A stretch of DNA of 64,000 nucleotides, from the NCBI GenBank assembly GCA_040954595.2, contig CM082584.2, positions 7,087,919-7,151,918 of the forward strand. Reading direction: 5' to 3'. The notes beneath the pieces are model-generated. The model saw only the letters and a program-made list of their open reading frames with translations, had not been told where the DNA came from and made no database searches. Origin of the DNA: Balanoglossus misakiensis. Taxonomy: Eukaryota > Animalia > Hemichordata. Of this stretch, positions 54,801-64,000 are shown in pieces. How positions within the stretch are numbered: position 1 is the stretch's first letter; the number at the start of each line of letters is the position of its first letter. The position numbers and the translations under genes were made by a program.

Positions 54801-57800
54801 AGACATCGGAACCACTGTAGCGCCAACTACATGCGGCGGGGATGTGACTGTGTATTCTGAACCGGTGCCAGTTATGTCGCCGAATTACCCGTCCAACTAC
54901 GACAACGGCCTGGACTGTCTGTGGAGCATCACCGCCCCGGAAGGCAGGCGTATCCTCATCACCATCGTCGATTTCGAGACCGAGGCCGGGTTCGATTGGG
55001 TCACCATGGGAGTGGGACACAACTCCTCCAACGCCAAGTCCGTCTTCAAGTACCTCAGCGGTTCTGTCTATCTTCTTCCGTTCGATGCCAACTCCAACAA
55101 GATGTGGATGACGTTCGCGGCTGATTACTCGGGCTCCAGGAGAGGTTTCAACATCACATTCCAAGAGCTGAAGAGTCTTGGTTAGTGTCAATAATAAACA
55201 GACAAATTCTTTGAGTCACTGTTTTATACATCAATACTACTATTCCATTGTTCACACTATTGATTATTTACCATATGCATAGCGAGAGCTAAAGTACGGC
55301 TCAGCTGTACTTTGCATGTTAATTAAGATTTGACTGTCATGAATCGATAAACAAATACAACACATCAAAATGTGTTACTGTATTGCTATGCAGTGATGCA
55401 TTTGAGCAACAGTTATTGTTTTAGTTTAGTGTACAAGTGGACTTGAGCAGCACAATTGATGCCAAATTGGTCACCATATGAGGACAAAGTCAGAATGGTG
55501 AAGTCTGTCTCAAGAAAATTCTTTGTTCAATTTTAACATTCTAACCACGACTATCATCTTCCCACAGACTGTGGTGGCACCTTCAGGATCCCGCCCGGTG
55601 GGAACGTTGGCATCTTCTCGCCAAACTACCCATCAGAGTACGACAACGGCGAGTTCTGCGAGTGGATCATCGAAGCGGAGTCGTCGCGCACCATTCTCGC
55701 CAACGTGCGATCCTTCGTCACCGAGGATCTGTACGACTGGGTGGACATGGGCCATGGCTTGGACTCCACCGATCAGAACACTATGATAAAACACATGTCT
55801 GGGCAGTACCCGGCTCATCAGTTCTCCACCGGTGCAAACAAAATCTGGGTGACATTCATATCCGATGGATCTGTTACCAAACAGGGTTTCTCCATTGAGT
55901 TTTCTGAAGGTATGTAAAACTCTAAGCTCTAAAATCTCATAATTATAAAAAAAATCACTAAACATTAACACTTCTGTACACAATATTCCATGTTTACAAC
56001 TACATGTTTATATAGGATGATCGTGAACTACTCAAACGAAACTTCAAGCATAAGCTGCAAACAATGCACTGAGAATTAGAGCTGTACATTTTGAACACTT
56101 AAATGATATGTATATCATTATTGAACTTCAGATGCTGCGTGTGGGGACGAATACTTGACTGACTCCAGTGGTTTCATATCCTCACCGAACTTCCCGAACA
56201 ACTATCCCAATCACATCGACTGCACCTGGATCATTGAAGTCAACAGCACCCGCAGTGTGAAAATAGAATTTGTCAGTTTTGAGACAGAAGGTGGCTATGA
56301 TTGGTTGATGATTGGTGATGGATACGATCCAAATGAAAATGAACAGCATGTAAGTCTAAATTCTTCAAGCCCTCTTCTATAATGTATTGGTATTAGTTTA
56401 GAAATTCCATTTTACAAAAACTTATTTGGTATCAACAGAATGAAAATATTATGAATTCAAAATACACAAAAGGAAAGAACTCCTGCTGTCATCATTTGCC
56501 ACCATTTGAGGTATATAAAAATTCATTAACTTATAAAGCTAGGAATTTTTTTCATGTCATAATTTACTTTCACAAAATTTCAGAGATTCAGTGGTAACGA
56601 TTTACCACCAACCATCGTCAGCGAAGGCAACGTGGTATGGTTGCAGTTTACTACAGATTATTTAGTCAGCTACCAAGGCTGGTTCCTTTTGTACGAAGAA
56701 GGTATGTTTGACAGAGCTATCACAGATATTGCGCAAGTATTGTTGTAATATACTGTAACCAATATTCTTGTAATAATGGGACGTAACGACAAAGCATTTC
56801 CTTCTACTCAAGAATAAAAATATCCATGTACATTGTGTAGACTCTGTGGTGTTTTACAGAATACCGGTACATATACTGAAGAAGCCATGTAATATACTGT
56901 CTGATGACATGCTGTGTTTAAAATGTCTTCATGCGTACTTCGCCAGATTTTCATATTAACCTCATATGTAAGATTGAGAATGAACAATATAATCAGACAA
57001 AGTGTCTATTGTGATGAAATGAGGAAAACTACATTGTAGTTCGCACAAGAATAAAGCTGAGTGGCAGATAAAAAAAGGAAGGTGGGCTAGCTCGGCAAAA
57101 ATCCCTCAGGGAGAACAATGTATATATCTCAATTACTGTCGTTTATTCAGTGCTTATAACACCGCCCCCACCAACTACCACCATTCGACCCACACCGTCA
57201 GCACCAAGTTCAACGCCATGCAGTCCTTGCGGCGGAGAATTAGAAAGTGGCGAGCCCATCATCAGCTGTCCGTACCCGGACGGCTCGTACTGTGAATGGA
57301 AGATAACGTACCCGCCGGATCAGTATGTCCACTATTACATCGTGGAGTTCGACATGCAGGCCGGTTTCGACTGGGTCTACATAGGCTACGGCTCCAATGT
57401 AACCGTGGAAACGACCCTGGAGAAGCTGTCCGGCGTCAAGGGGGATCCGGATCGCTCCGTCTACAAGATACCGGATGAGGTGGTGGCACCGTCCAACGAA
57501 GGATGGATCGTGTTTGAGAGCAGCAGAATTACAACCAGAGTGGCTCACTTTGTAATCACACACAACTACACTGATACAGGTAAATATAACAATAATGCAC
57601 TTTTAAAATCTTGATTGAGGATGATATCCAATGTAACTTGATATATTGCTTTCTCATAAATTTGAATACAAGACTGATTGAATTTTATCAGATATTAGAA
57701 AGATTATTACTATCATTTTTATGAATTATGGGAAAATAATCTTGACATACATTTTTTTCAACTGCATAACATTCAGTTATTTTCATGAAAAAGCATAATG

Positions 57801-60800
57801 TGTAGGACATAAATTTCATGTACAAATAATGAGTCATTGCTGAATCAGAAACTTGTTTTTTTTCTGTACAGCTCCACCTCAAACTCCACCACCACCAGAA
57901 GAGCATGACCTGACAGATGAAAGCGGTCAGATAACTTCTCCTGGTTGGCCGGAACCCTATGGAAATAATCTGGTATGTTTGCTTGCATCACACACCCTGC
58001 TATGTTAAGGGTCTGGCTCGTCTGATACATGTACATCACACTCTGAGCCCTTGTCCAGAAATGGCCATGTTTTGTGTACATTGTATAACACTATTATTGA
58101 GTACCTTCATTTCTGGTGAGCGTTCACTGTACATTATTATGGGGCATATTTTTTGAAGTGGAAATCCACCAGACATCCAGACCTCTATAAAACTGAAGTT
58201 TTGCTCTGTTTGCAGAATATCTTATGGGTCATCACTGTCGACAAGGGTCTCCTTGTGCGCATCTCTATCCTAAACTTCATCACAGAGGAAGGCTTCGACT
58301 TCCTGTCATTCGGATCCGGCTCGGAGAGAGGCAGTCGGCAAATAGCAAGCCTGAGTGGAAGACTGACGGGAGGAATACAGAAGAGGGATGTCTGGGCGCA
58401 GGAAGATGACTTGGTGTTCAGGAGCGATGATTTCTCCATGTGGTTAGAGTTCATCACGGATAATAGCGTCATCGACGAAGGTTTCCAGTTGGTGTACGAC
58501 ACACTGAATGCCCAAGGTACGACATACCCACGTCAGAGTTTATTTCTTATGGTTGATTGTGTGTGAATTTCAATTGGGGTTGTGATTCTTACCGAAGCTG
58601 CAAGGCCTGTATTTTTTCTTCCAAAAAAGAGGGGTCGTTTTGGTGGTAGTACAATAGTGCATTGTCACTGTCAAATCAGTTGATGTTTTGGCCAATTATG
58701 GAATCTCTACTATGCGCGCAAGAAAAGCACATACAGCACACCAATCAAAATGATTCTCTAATTGCATCTGCAGACGTGTATTGTGGCAAGATGAATCTCA
58801 CTGAACCGGAAGGAATTATCACCTCACCGAACTATCCAGAGGAATATCCAAATAACATAGACTGCCAGTGGAACATCATACTTCCTGAAGATCTTGAAGA
58901 CCAGAGAGTCAAAGTCACATTCCATCATTTTGACCTTGAGCAAAGGTAAATTTTCTAGCTGTTAAGACCCTGATTGGAATCAACAAATTTTCCAACGAGG
59001 AGATGAATTCTTGGTTGTATCTCTGTAACAACGAACAGGGACCAGTGAAGTTGCAAAGTCTGATGTATCTGTATGTTTCAATAAGCAGGCATTGCTGCTT
59101 TGTAGGCACACATGGAGTGATCATTTCAATCAAAGACAAATGCAAGAATTAAAAAACAAACAGGCAAATACATTTGATTTTAAATACATTTGAATTTAAA
59201 CTGTCCAGCTAATTCATATGTACCTTTTCCATATTTCTTTGAACAGCCAAGATTACTTGTTGTCGGGATCGGGCAATGAAATGATCCTCGGAGCGCACAC
59301 TGGCGATACCCTACCTGACCCTGTCATCAGCCCTGACCATACCATGTGGCTAAGATTCAGTAGTGACGAGTCTATTACCACAACTGGCTTCAACTTAAGC
59401 TACAGTTACACGGAGGATATACGTAAGTTGTGACGTGAAGGTGCATCGCCTGTAGGCTTGATGCAAACTGCTGTTTTGGATAAAAAAAAAATTTCCATCT
59501 CTAAATTTGTGGTGTCATTTGTATCAGCTTCTGTGATAGATGAATAGATGCTATCGAGGTTCTGAATATTACTATTATTGGTAATAACTGCTACATGTAT
59601 GATGGCACAGTTATGAATTCGAATGACTAGCTTTGTCAAGGCTATTTCTAAGGAAAATAGTTGCTACTTCAAAATAAAATTCAGGCACCACCATCATACA
59701 TGTATGCATGTCAAGTGGTTTACTATTAGAACCAAAGGTTTATTTGACTAGAATTAACATTTCTAACACAAGATTATGTTCTAAACTTCTAATGATTATT
59801 TTCAGCTGAACCAATATGCCCCACTCTGCCTCCACCAGTGAAAACTTCCCCGGCCACAACTACCAAAGACACTTTGACCGGGTCCAAAATAATACCAACC
59901 AGAGTAACCACCAAAGGAACAACCACTGAAGGAATAACCACAACAAGGAAACCTACATTCCCACCAGATGAAACCTTTGCTGCATCGATCATCATCTATG
60001 ATGGCAACACCACGTGGGTATGTGAAAAGTTACACTGTTAACTCGTGTGGATTCTTCCATTTCTTATGAAAGACCTATAACATAGTTGTTCACATCAGCT
60101 GCTTGAAAAAAGATGCTGTGGCAAGGAAAGTGAGCAGTTGATTTTCCGTAGTACCATGACAAAATATTGATAGGCTCAAATCAGGTCGTTCATCCACAAT
60201 TATCAACAGAATTAATTGATTTCTTTTTAACAATAGTTTGATGGTCCAGTGAAGGATGACTTTGCAGCTGAACTTGCTAAAGTTTTGAATGAATGGTGCG
60301 CCGTCCCTGACAACTGTCTTGTTACTGATGTTGAATTTGGGTAAGCCTCTCCTCCTCATGCATGTCCGAAAGACACATGTTTTAACTTACAGTATTGTCT
60401 TAAACTCAAAACACCCCCTATTATAAAAGGGGATATGGGTACATTGTTTGCCAGACCAAACCACACGGTCTTGTGTCAGGAGACCTCAGTACTTCCTGTA
60501 TTTCATTGTATTTCTGACCTGCATAGACTCAGAACCAAACACCAAGTGGACCATGTTTATTATGGTGAAAATGATCTAAAATGAAGTATGGGGTTTGTAA
60601 TGCCAACAAGGATGCATTTGTACCATACAGTAGATGGATATGATGATAGTACCCTTCCTTGGGCAGAAATTCATATAAATGGAATTATTACTAATAATCA
60701 ATGCTATTGTAATTAATGCTAAAATTGTGTCTTTGTTTGTAGGCCGGAAGACATAGAATTCCTTGACCTGGAAGATGTAACGGCAGGATTAGTTATGGAC

Positions 60801-63598
60801 ATCAGGGTGAAACATCCGGAAAAGGATGGTGCATACGCTCTGACGAAGGAACAGCTGGAGAAAATGTTACGGGAATACGAGTCGGAACTGGAGAACACCA
60901 TGAACTTTGACTACGAAGTGGTTGAGAGAAGTGAATATGAACCCGCCCCGCAAGACGCAGTCCTCGAAACCTGGATGATAATTTTGATTATTCTAGGCGG
61001 ACTACTGTTGCTCATCATACTGATTCTGCTCATTGTCTACTGTGTCCGAAGAGCCCGGGTGGTCCAAAAGTAAGTATTTAATCACAATTTGTGTGTGTGT
61101 GTGTGTGCTATATATGGAAGCAGTAAATGGACTTGCAATGGATTAGTACATGTATTATATCAGTGTCTCTACCTTTTAAAGCTTTCACTGTTTTATGTCT
61201 GTGGCTTTCATGATTGTCATTTTGTCTGTTGTTAAGTTTGTCGCAAAAAATTGCAATTGTGATTGTTTCTTAATAATCTACTTTCATTTTTAAACAAGTA
61301 AAACCTGTACTTGTTTGCTGTGTGCATTTCGTAACTTTAAAAATGAGTGTGCTTTCCATGGATAAAGAGTCTGGCTATTGTGTGTGATTGCAAATATGCA
61401 AGCTACAATATGTATAGTTCACTAGTCTCAAAATCCTGCGTATTTCACGTATTTCTGTCCATAATTACGCAGAAATAATGACAAACGCATACACCTGTAT
61501 GCATGCAAATTATATTGAGCATTGAAAGCTTGCAAGCAAAAAATTAGCGCACGACCTACCCTGGTACACATGACCTGGACATGCTCGTAACTGAGCTCTT
61601 ACATTGAAATGTTGCAGTTTTCATCAACAACACAACAGAAAAGTGCCGTTTTTGTGGCTGTATTTTTAGTTCCGTCTAGTCTTAAGCGTCATTGTCTAAA
61701 TGACATTGGTGTCATTTGTATATGTGCATGGTGGAAGGAAAAAGGACCAGACTATCCGGTTCATAGTGGCCATTTTGTCATGTTTTCATGTCTGGAGCCA
61801 TAATGTGAACATGGCAACATATTTCATGCAGACTTGGTATAAGAACATTGTACCACGATGTACATATTCATACCTTATTGTGTCATGATGTGATCCAGTT
61901 TGGCTACTCAGGAGGGCCATTTGTCTGCATACTTGTTATAACCCTGTACCATAACATATGCATGGATGTCAATTTTTGGTGCAATTTATTAATTTATTGA
62001 TCCAGTGAGGGCTATGTCATTGACAATGAGACGGTCAAGCAGTTAAGTCTGGTCACACCTTGTTGATCGACAATCCATCTTCAAAGTACATGCATGTACA
62101 CATGAAGACAAACCCCTACGGCCTGAGTATCCATCTGCCCTTTCTCTCATACCTCACTTCTGCACACTTAACCAATCTCTCTGTGGTTATGTCGTTGATA
62201 ATGACTTGTTCTCTGCACTTCCAGAAGCTCTTCTCTTCCTTCCTACTCACTAGACTTTGCTACTGACTGTGACTTCACAGAGGCTTACTCTGAGATGTAA
62301 GACACGCATCGATGTTCTGTCACGAGTCGTTGTCAAACGTGTTACCTGTTGCATATGAGTTCCAAGGCTAGGTTGTGTTGTCAAAAGTGTGCGCTTGAAA
62401 CCAGTGATTTCTGTTGATAAAATCACATCTCTTTCACTTGAGCAGATGGATCTGTTGGTGAATGTGGATATACATGTAACTTGTGTGTGAATAAGAGCTT
62501 GCATCATACACACTCTGTGTCGTTGGATCATGATCAGAATTGTAACATCTCACATGATCTGTGTGGCCAACTCTTGGGTTGGACGAATGTGGTTTTGTTC
62601 ATGATTTCAGTGGCCAAGTGCGTGTTTCTTTATGATTGAACTCGAACAGGATTCATACACACCAGAAATTTTTGTGAAAAAGTTTGGGTATTTTACACTT
62701 CTCAAAAGACTAAAAATTGAAATTTACACCTGCCACGGAAGGTAATGAAAAAACTCTGTTATTGCCTCATGTTGCCACAAATGTCAATTGAAGCAATCAT
62801 GGACAATTTGACCTCAAATTAAAGTGCTTGAAAACCACAGGAAAAACTGGAAAAGTCCTAAAATTTGAATAATTTCTGTTAACCCCTGTCAAAGACATTG
62901 TGTTGTACAGAGTAGGATAAATCAGTTGGCCTCATCAAGGACATGTATCTCATTAAGTATCTTAAAGATAAATCATAATTGTTGTATTTATTTATCATTA
63001 ATTGTTTCAAGGATTACTTTGACATTAAGGTACAAAGCAAAAGTACATTAATGAACATTTTTGGCAAAAATGGTACATGCAGCAATTAGTTTTGTTGTTG
63101 TTACTGTTGTTGTTGTTGTTGTTGTTGTTGTTTAGCAACATTTATAATGTAATGGCAAGCATACACTATCCAAAATGTCAAAATGTTATCAAAAAACAAT
63201 GAAACATGACCATGTCTTCCTGGCTAAAACTTGAAAACAATTGTTTTGGATGGGAAATGCCGGACAAAGTACAGATAAACTGGAAATGATCGCAGATTTC
63301 TGTGAGTTACAAGGACAAGGATTACCAGTGGAAACTTAACTGCACTATATTCACTTAATGTGTGTGAAATGTTAAAAGGCAAATGCAAATTTTACAGCGT
63401 GTGTTGTATTGTGCATATAATTACATGTGTTGCTTAACTCTTTGCTCTTAACATGCTTTATAACTGCTGCTAAGCTGCTTTTTTTTCTCTGTTTGCCTCT
63501 CCTACTCAGCGATGATGACAAAAAAAATGGTTTTCGAATTTACAGGCCATGGCTCAAAGACAGCTACCATGTTTCTGACATAGAAAAGAATAAGCCAG
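294..63598 (+). CDS. Giant multi-exon type-I membrane protein, [CUBx8-CTLD-FN3]n super-repeat, cubilin-like; 5' and 3' ends lie outside the window
   Basis: About 126 exons with canonical GT..AG boundaries and compatible phases were joined by hand. No start codon, signal peptide or stop separates the units. CUB motifs (CGG..SPNYP..Y.N...C.W; TE..YDWL; W.TF.SD.S...GF), CTLD motifs (CY.F; WIG; W.D; YVCE) and FN3 motifs (V.W; GY.V.Y; L...T.Y..YV.A) recur in a fixed order. A hydrophobic helix lies near 60970-61045. Confidence 0.9.
1082..7282 (+). CDS. Super-repeat unit 1: CUB1-8, CTLD, FN3 (16 exons, 3669 nt = 1223 aa)
   Basis: Exons: 1082-1206, 1408-1672, 1858-2274, 2387-2752, 2911-3122, 3290-3416, 3652-4020, 4171-4399, 4576-4760, 4966-5124, 5266-5451, 5672-5886, 5993-6113, CTLD 6293-6484 and 6641-6841, FN3 6983-7282. 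Confidence 0.9.
4414..4451. repeat. (GATT)n microsatellite, CUB6 intron of unit 1
   Basis: The tetranucleotide run is directly visible. Confidence 0.95.
7582..13821 (+). CDS. Super-repeat unit 2 (15 exons; CTLD in a single exon)
   Basis: Exons: 7582-7706, 7920-8184, 8377-8793, 8981-9346, 9516-9727, 9864-9990, 10214-10582, 10686-10914, 11036-11220, 11426-11584, 11748-11933, 12179-12393, 12622-12742, CTLD 12926-13318, FN3 13522-13821. Nearly identical to unit 1. Confidence 0.9.
10922..10966. repeat. (GATT)n microsatellite, CUB6 intron of unit 2
   Basis: Same intron position as in unit 1, with a longer run. Confidence 0.95.
14117..20270 (+). CDS. Super-repeat unit 3 (15 exons; CTLD in a single exon)
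   Basis: Exons: 14117-14241, 14467-14731, 14908-15324, 15478-15843, 16059-16270, 16417-16543, 16766-17134, 17309-17537, 17681-17865, 18071-18229, 18406-18591, 18841-19055, 19163-19283, CTLD 19439-19831, FN3 19971-20270. Confidence 0.9.
17552..17604. repeat. (GATT)n microsatellite, CUB6 intron of unit 3
   Basis: Same intron position; longest of the three runs, with one GTTT interruption. Confidence 0.95.
20457..28989 (+). CDS. Super-repeat unit 4 (diverged, 16 exons)
   Basis: Exons: 20457-20581, 20704-20974, 21440-21841, 22219-22569, 22819-23027, 23428-23554, 23926-24297, 24562-24808, 25253-25437, 25727-25882, 26274-26465, 26887-27101, 27326-27449, CTLD 27662-27844 and 28319-28510, FN3 28690-28989. 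Domain order and intron positions match unit 1. Confidence 0.88.
24833..24876. repeat. (CTG)n(GTT)n microsatellite, CUB6 intron of unit 4
   Basis: The trinucleotide run is directly visible. Confidence 0.95.
25537..25694. repeat. (CTGTG)n(CTGTA)n pentanucleotide microsatellite
   Basis: Visible ~160-bp run in the intron between CUB6 and CUB7 of unit 4. Confidence 0.97.
29382..37855 (+). CDS. Super-repeat unit 5 (diverged, 16 exons)
   Basis: Exons: 29382-29506, 29723-29993, 30392-30799, 31159-31530, 32125-32339, 32512-32638, 32949-33320, 33620-33881, 34186-34370, 34624-34782, 34904-35092, 35470-35684, 36025-36148, CTLD 36643-36825 and 37165-37365, FN3 37556-37855. Confidence 0.88.
37872..37896. 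repeat. (TTTG)n microsatellite
   Basis: Visible run just after the unit 5 FN3 donor. Confidence 0.85.
38104..45900 (+). CDS. Super-repeat unit 6 (diverged, 16 exons)
   Basis: Exons: 38104-38228, 38533-38800, 39031-39438, 39748-40098, 40492-40706, 40843-40969, 41347-41715, 42051-42270, 42475-42659, 42928-43089, 43291-43476, 43739-43965, 44156-44276, CTLD 44585-44767 and 45166-45369, FN3 45601-45900. Confidence 0.88.
41100..41280. mobile_element. MITE, TA-flanked (Tc1/mariner/pogo-type ends), copy 1
   Basis: Imperfect terminal inverted repeats, ta|CTGTAAAACAGGAAATTTT ... AAAATTTCCCGGTTTACAG|ta, with no ORF. Internal motifs (GAGAGCC, GATATCGCGAAAA) are shared with copies 2 and 3. Confidence 0.8.
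44960..45097. mobile_element. Possible remnant of a non-autonomous Helentron/DINE-1-like element
   Basis: A degenerate (ACAT/ACAG) microsatellite is followed by a 9-bp perfect stem, AGGTCCCAT (45056-45064) / ATGGGACCT (45084-45092), and an A-run. The 5' end was not identified. Confidence 0.35.
46168..53797 (+). CDS. Super-repeat unit 7 (diverged, 15 exons; CUB6 in a single exon)
   Basis: Exons: 46168-46292, 46552-46819, 47191-47592, 47728-48084, 48342-48556, 48677-48803, 48919-49284, 49687-50097, 50416-50571, 50972-51166, 51678-51892, 52105-52228, CTLD 52494-52676 and 52903-53106, FN3 53498-53797. Confidence 0.88.
49406..49592. mobile_element. MITE, same family, copy 2
   Basis: ta|CTGTAAAACAGGAAAT ... 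GATATCGCGAAAATTTCCTGTTTTTATGG|ta; the interior aligns with copy 1. Confidence 0.75.
51309..51518. mobile_element. MITE, related family member, copy 3
   Basis: Perfect 14-bp inverted ends including the TA flank: TACTGTAAAACACT ... AGTGTTTTACAGTA. Internal AGAGCCAAAA and TTGATATTGCGAAAATTT resemble copies 1 and 2. Confidence 0.8.
54006..59422 (+). CDS. Seven membrane-proximal CUB domains (one CUB quartet plus three divergent CUBs)
   Basis: Exons: 54006-54224 + 54451-54618; 54776-55180; 55568-55909; 56132-56349 + 56584-56701; 57151-57579; 57872-57972 + 58216-58516; 58774-58945 + 59247-59422. Each shows recognisable CUB motifs. Confidence 0.85.
59806..61069 (+). CDS. Thr/Pro-rich stalk, SEA-like juxtamembrane domain and transmembrane helix
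   Basis: Exons 59806-60017 (PEPICPTLPPPVKTSPATTTK...TTTRKPTFPPDETFAASIIIYDGNTTW), 60237-60340 (FDGPVKDDFAAELAKVLNEWCAVPDNCLVTDVEFG) and 60743-61069, which ends in WMIILIILGGLLLLIILILLIVYC followed by the basic stop-transfer segment VRRAR. The SEA-like call is an inference from the residue pattern. Confidence 0.82.
61090..61107. repeat. (GT)n microsatellite
   Basis: Visible run about 20 nt downstream of the TM-exon donor. Confidence 0.85.
63092..63132. repeat. (GTT)n microsatellite, interrupted
   Basis: The trinucleotide run is directly visible. Confidence 0.85.
63510..63598 (+). CDS. Cytoplasmic-tail exon (gene continues past the window)
   Basis: Strong polypyrimidine tract with CAG at 63507-63509. 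The phase matches the AA|GTAAGT donor at 61069/61070. The exon reads (N)DDDKKNGFRIYRPWLKDSYHVSDIEKNKP and ends at CAG|GTAAGT. Confidence 0.7.
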
Positions 63599-64000
63599 GT
63601 AAGTGATTTCACTGCCCTAAGTTAGTGTTTCTATAGTATTGGGAAAATCATGTTTCCCACTGACTGATTTACTGCATCTGTGCAACTGTTTGAAAACACT
63701 GGAGAATTTCTATGAATTTCTTAGTGTCAGCCATGATGTAATGTGGATAAATGTTCTTGTTTTCTGTCTGATATAATGCAGGAAAAGCAGAAGTTCTCTC
63801 TCAAGAAGATGTACCAGAAGACTATGAATACAACAGTGACCTGAATAATGACGGGTAAGTGAAATCCTAATGTTGATATAACATGTACAATGGTTGGGCA
63901 GGGTCTCTCACTGAACAGTGGGAACAATGCTGATGACATGTTTATAAACAGAAACGTCGCACATGTGCAGTTTAGACGACCGTAAACTCTCTCACAGCAC

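Noticed and set aside
61068-61073. Stop codon after VVQK as the true C-terminus
   Set aside because: The TAA is part of a consensus donor (AA|GTAAGT), and a phase-compatible exon follows at 63510. A tail-less isoform from intron retention remains possible but unsupported.
294-63598. Assigning the symbol CUBN, CSMD, EBR1 or DMBT1
   Set aside because: The architecture differs: no EGF, sushi, TSP1 or SRCR domains are visible, while CTLD, FN3 and a TM helix are present. Orthology cannot be established from the sequence alone.
268-63939. Numerous minus-strand and alternative-frame ORFs of 60-145 aa
   Set aside because: They overlap + strand exons or introns, repeat only where the exons repeat, and show no domain motifs or coherent splice structure. 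They are antisense or off-frame shadows.
1-64000. CRISPR array, tRNA/rRNA genes, autonomous transposase or RT genes, prokaryotic operons
   Set aside because: I saw no repeat-spacer pattern, no recognisable structural RNA gene and no long uninterrupted ORF. The sequence is an intron-rich eukaryotic gene.

Overview
This is animal genomic DNA: AT-rich GT-AG introns with short exons. A marine invertebrate, possibly a deuterostome, is my inference only. Almost the whole window is the interior and 3' part of one + strand gene. By hand-splicing I count about 126 exons from 294 to 63598, and the gene is open at both ends. It encodes a giant type-I membrane protein of roughly 9,850 aa within the window. 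The ectodomain is built from a ~1,220-aa super-repeat, [8 CUB - C-type lectin - FN3], present as a partial unit 0 plus seven complete units. These are followed by 7 more CUB domains, a Thr/Pro-rich stalk, a SEA-like domain, one transmembrane helix and the start of a cytoplasmic tail. The total is 63 CUB, 8 CTLD (one partial) and 8 FN3 domains. Units 1-3 are nearly identical (~6.3-6.5 kb period) and look mosaic, as expected from gene conversion or unequal crossover. Units 4-7 are old and diverged. Two of the three near-identical units have precisely lost an intron that the third unit and all other units retain. Introns hold microsatellites, three copies of a TA-flanked MITE and a small hairpin-rich motif. 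The many short ORFs in the track are exon fragments or antisense shadows. I found no RNA genes or CRISPR arrays.
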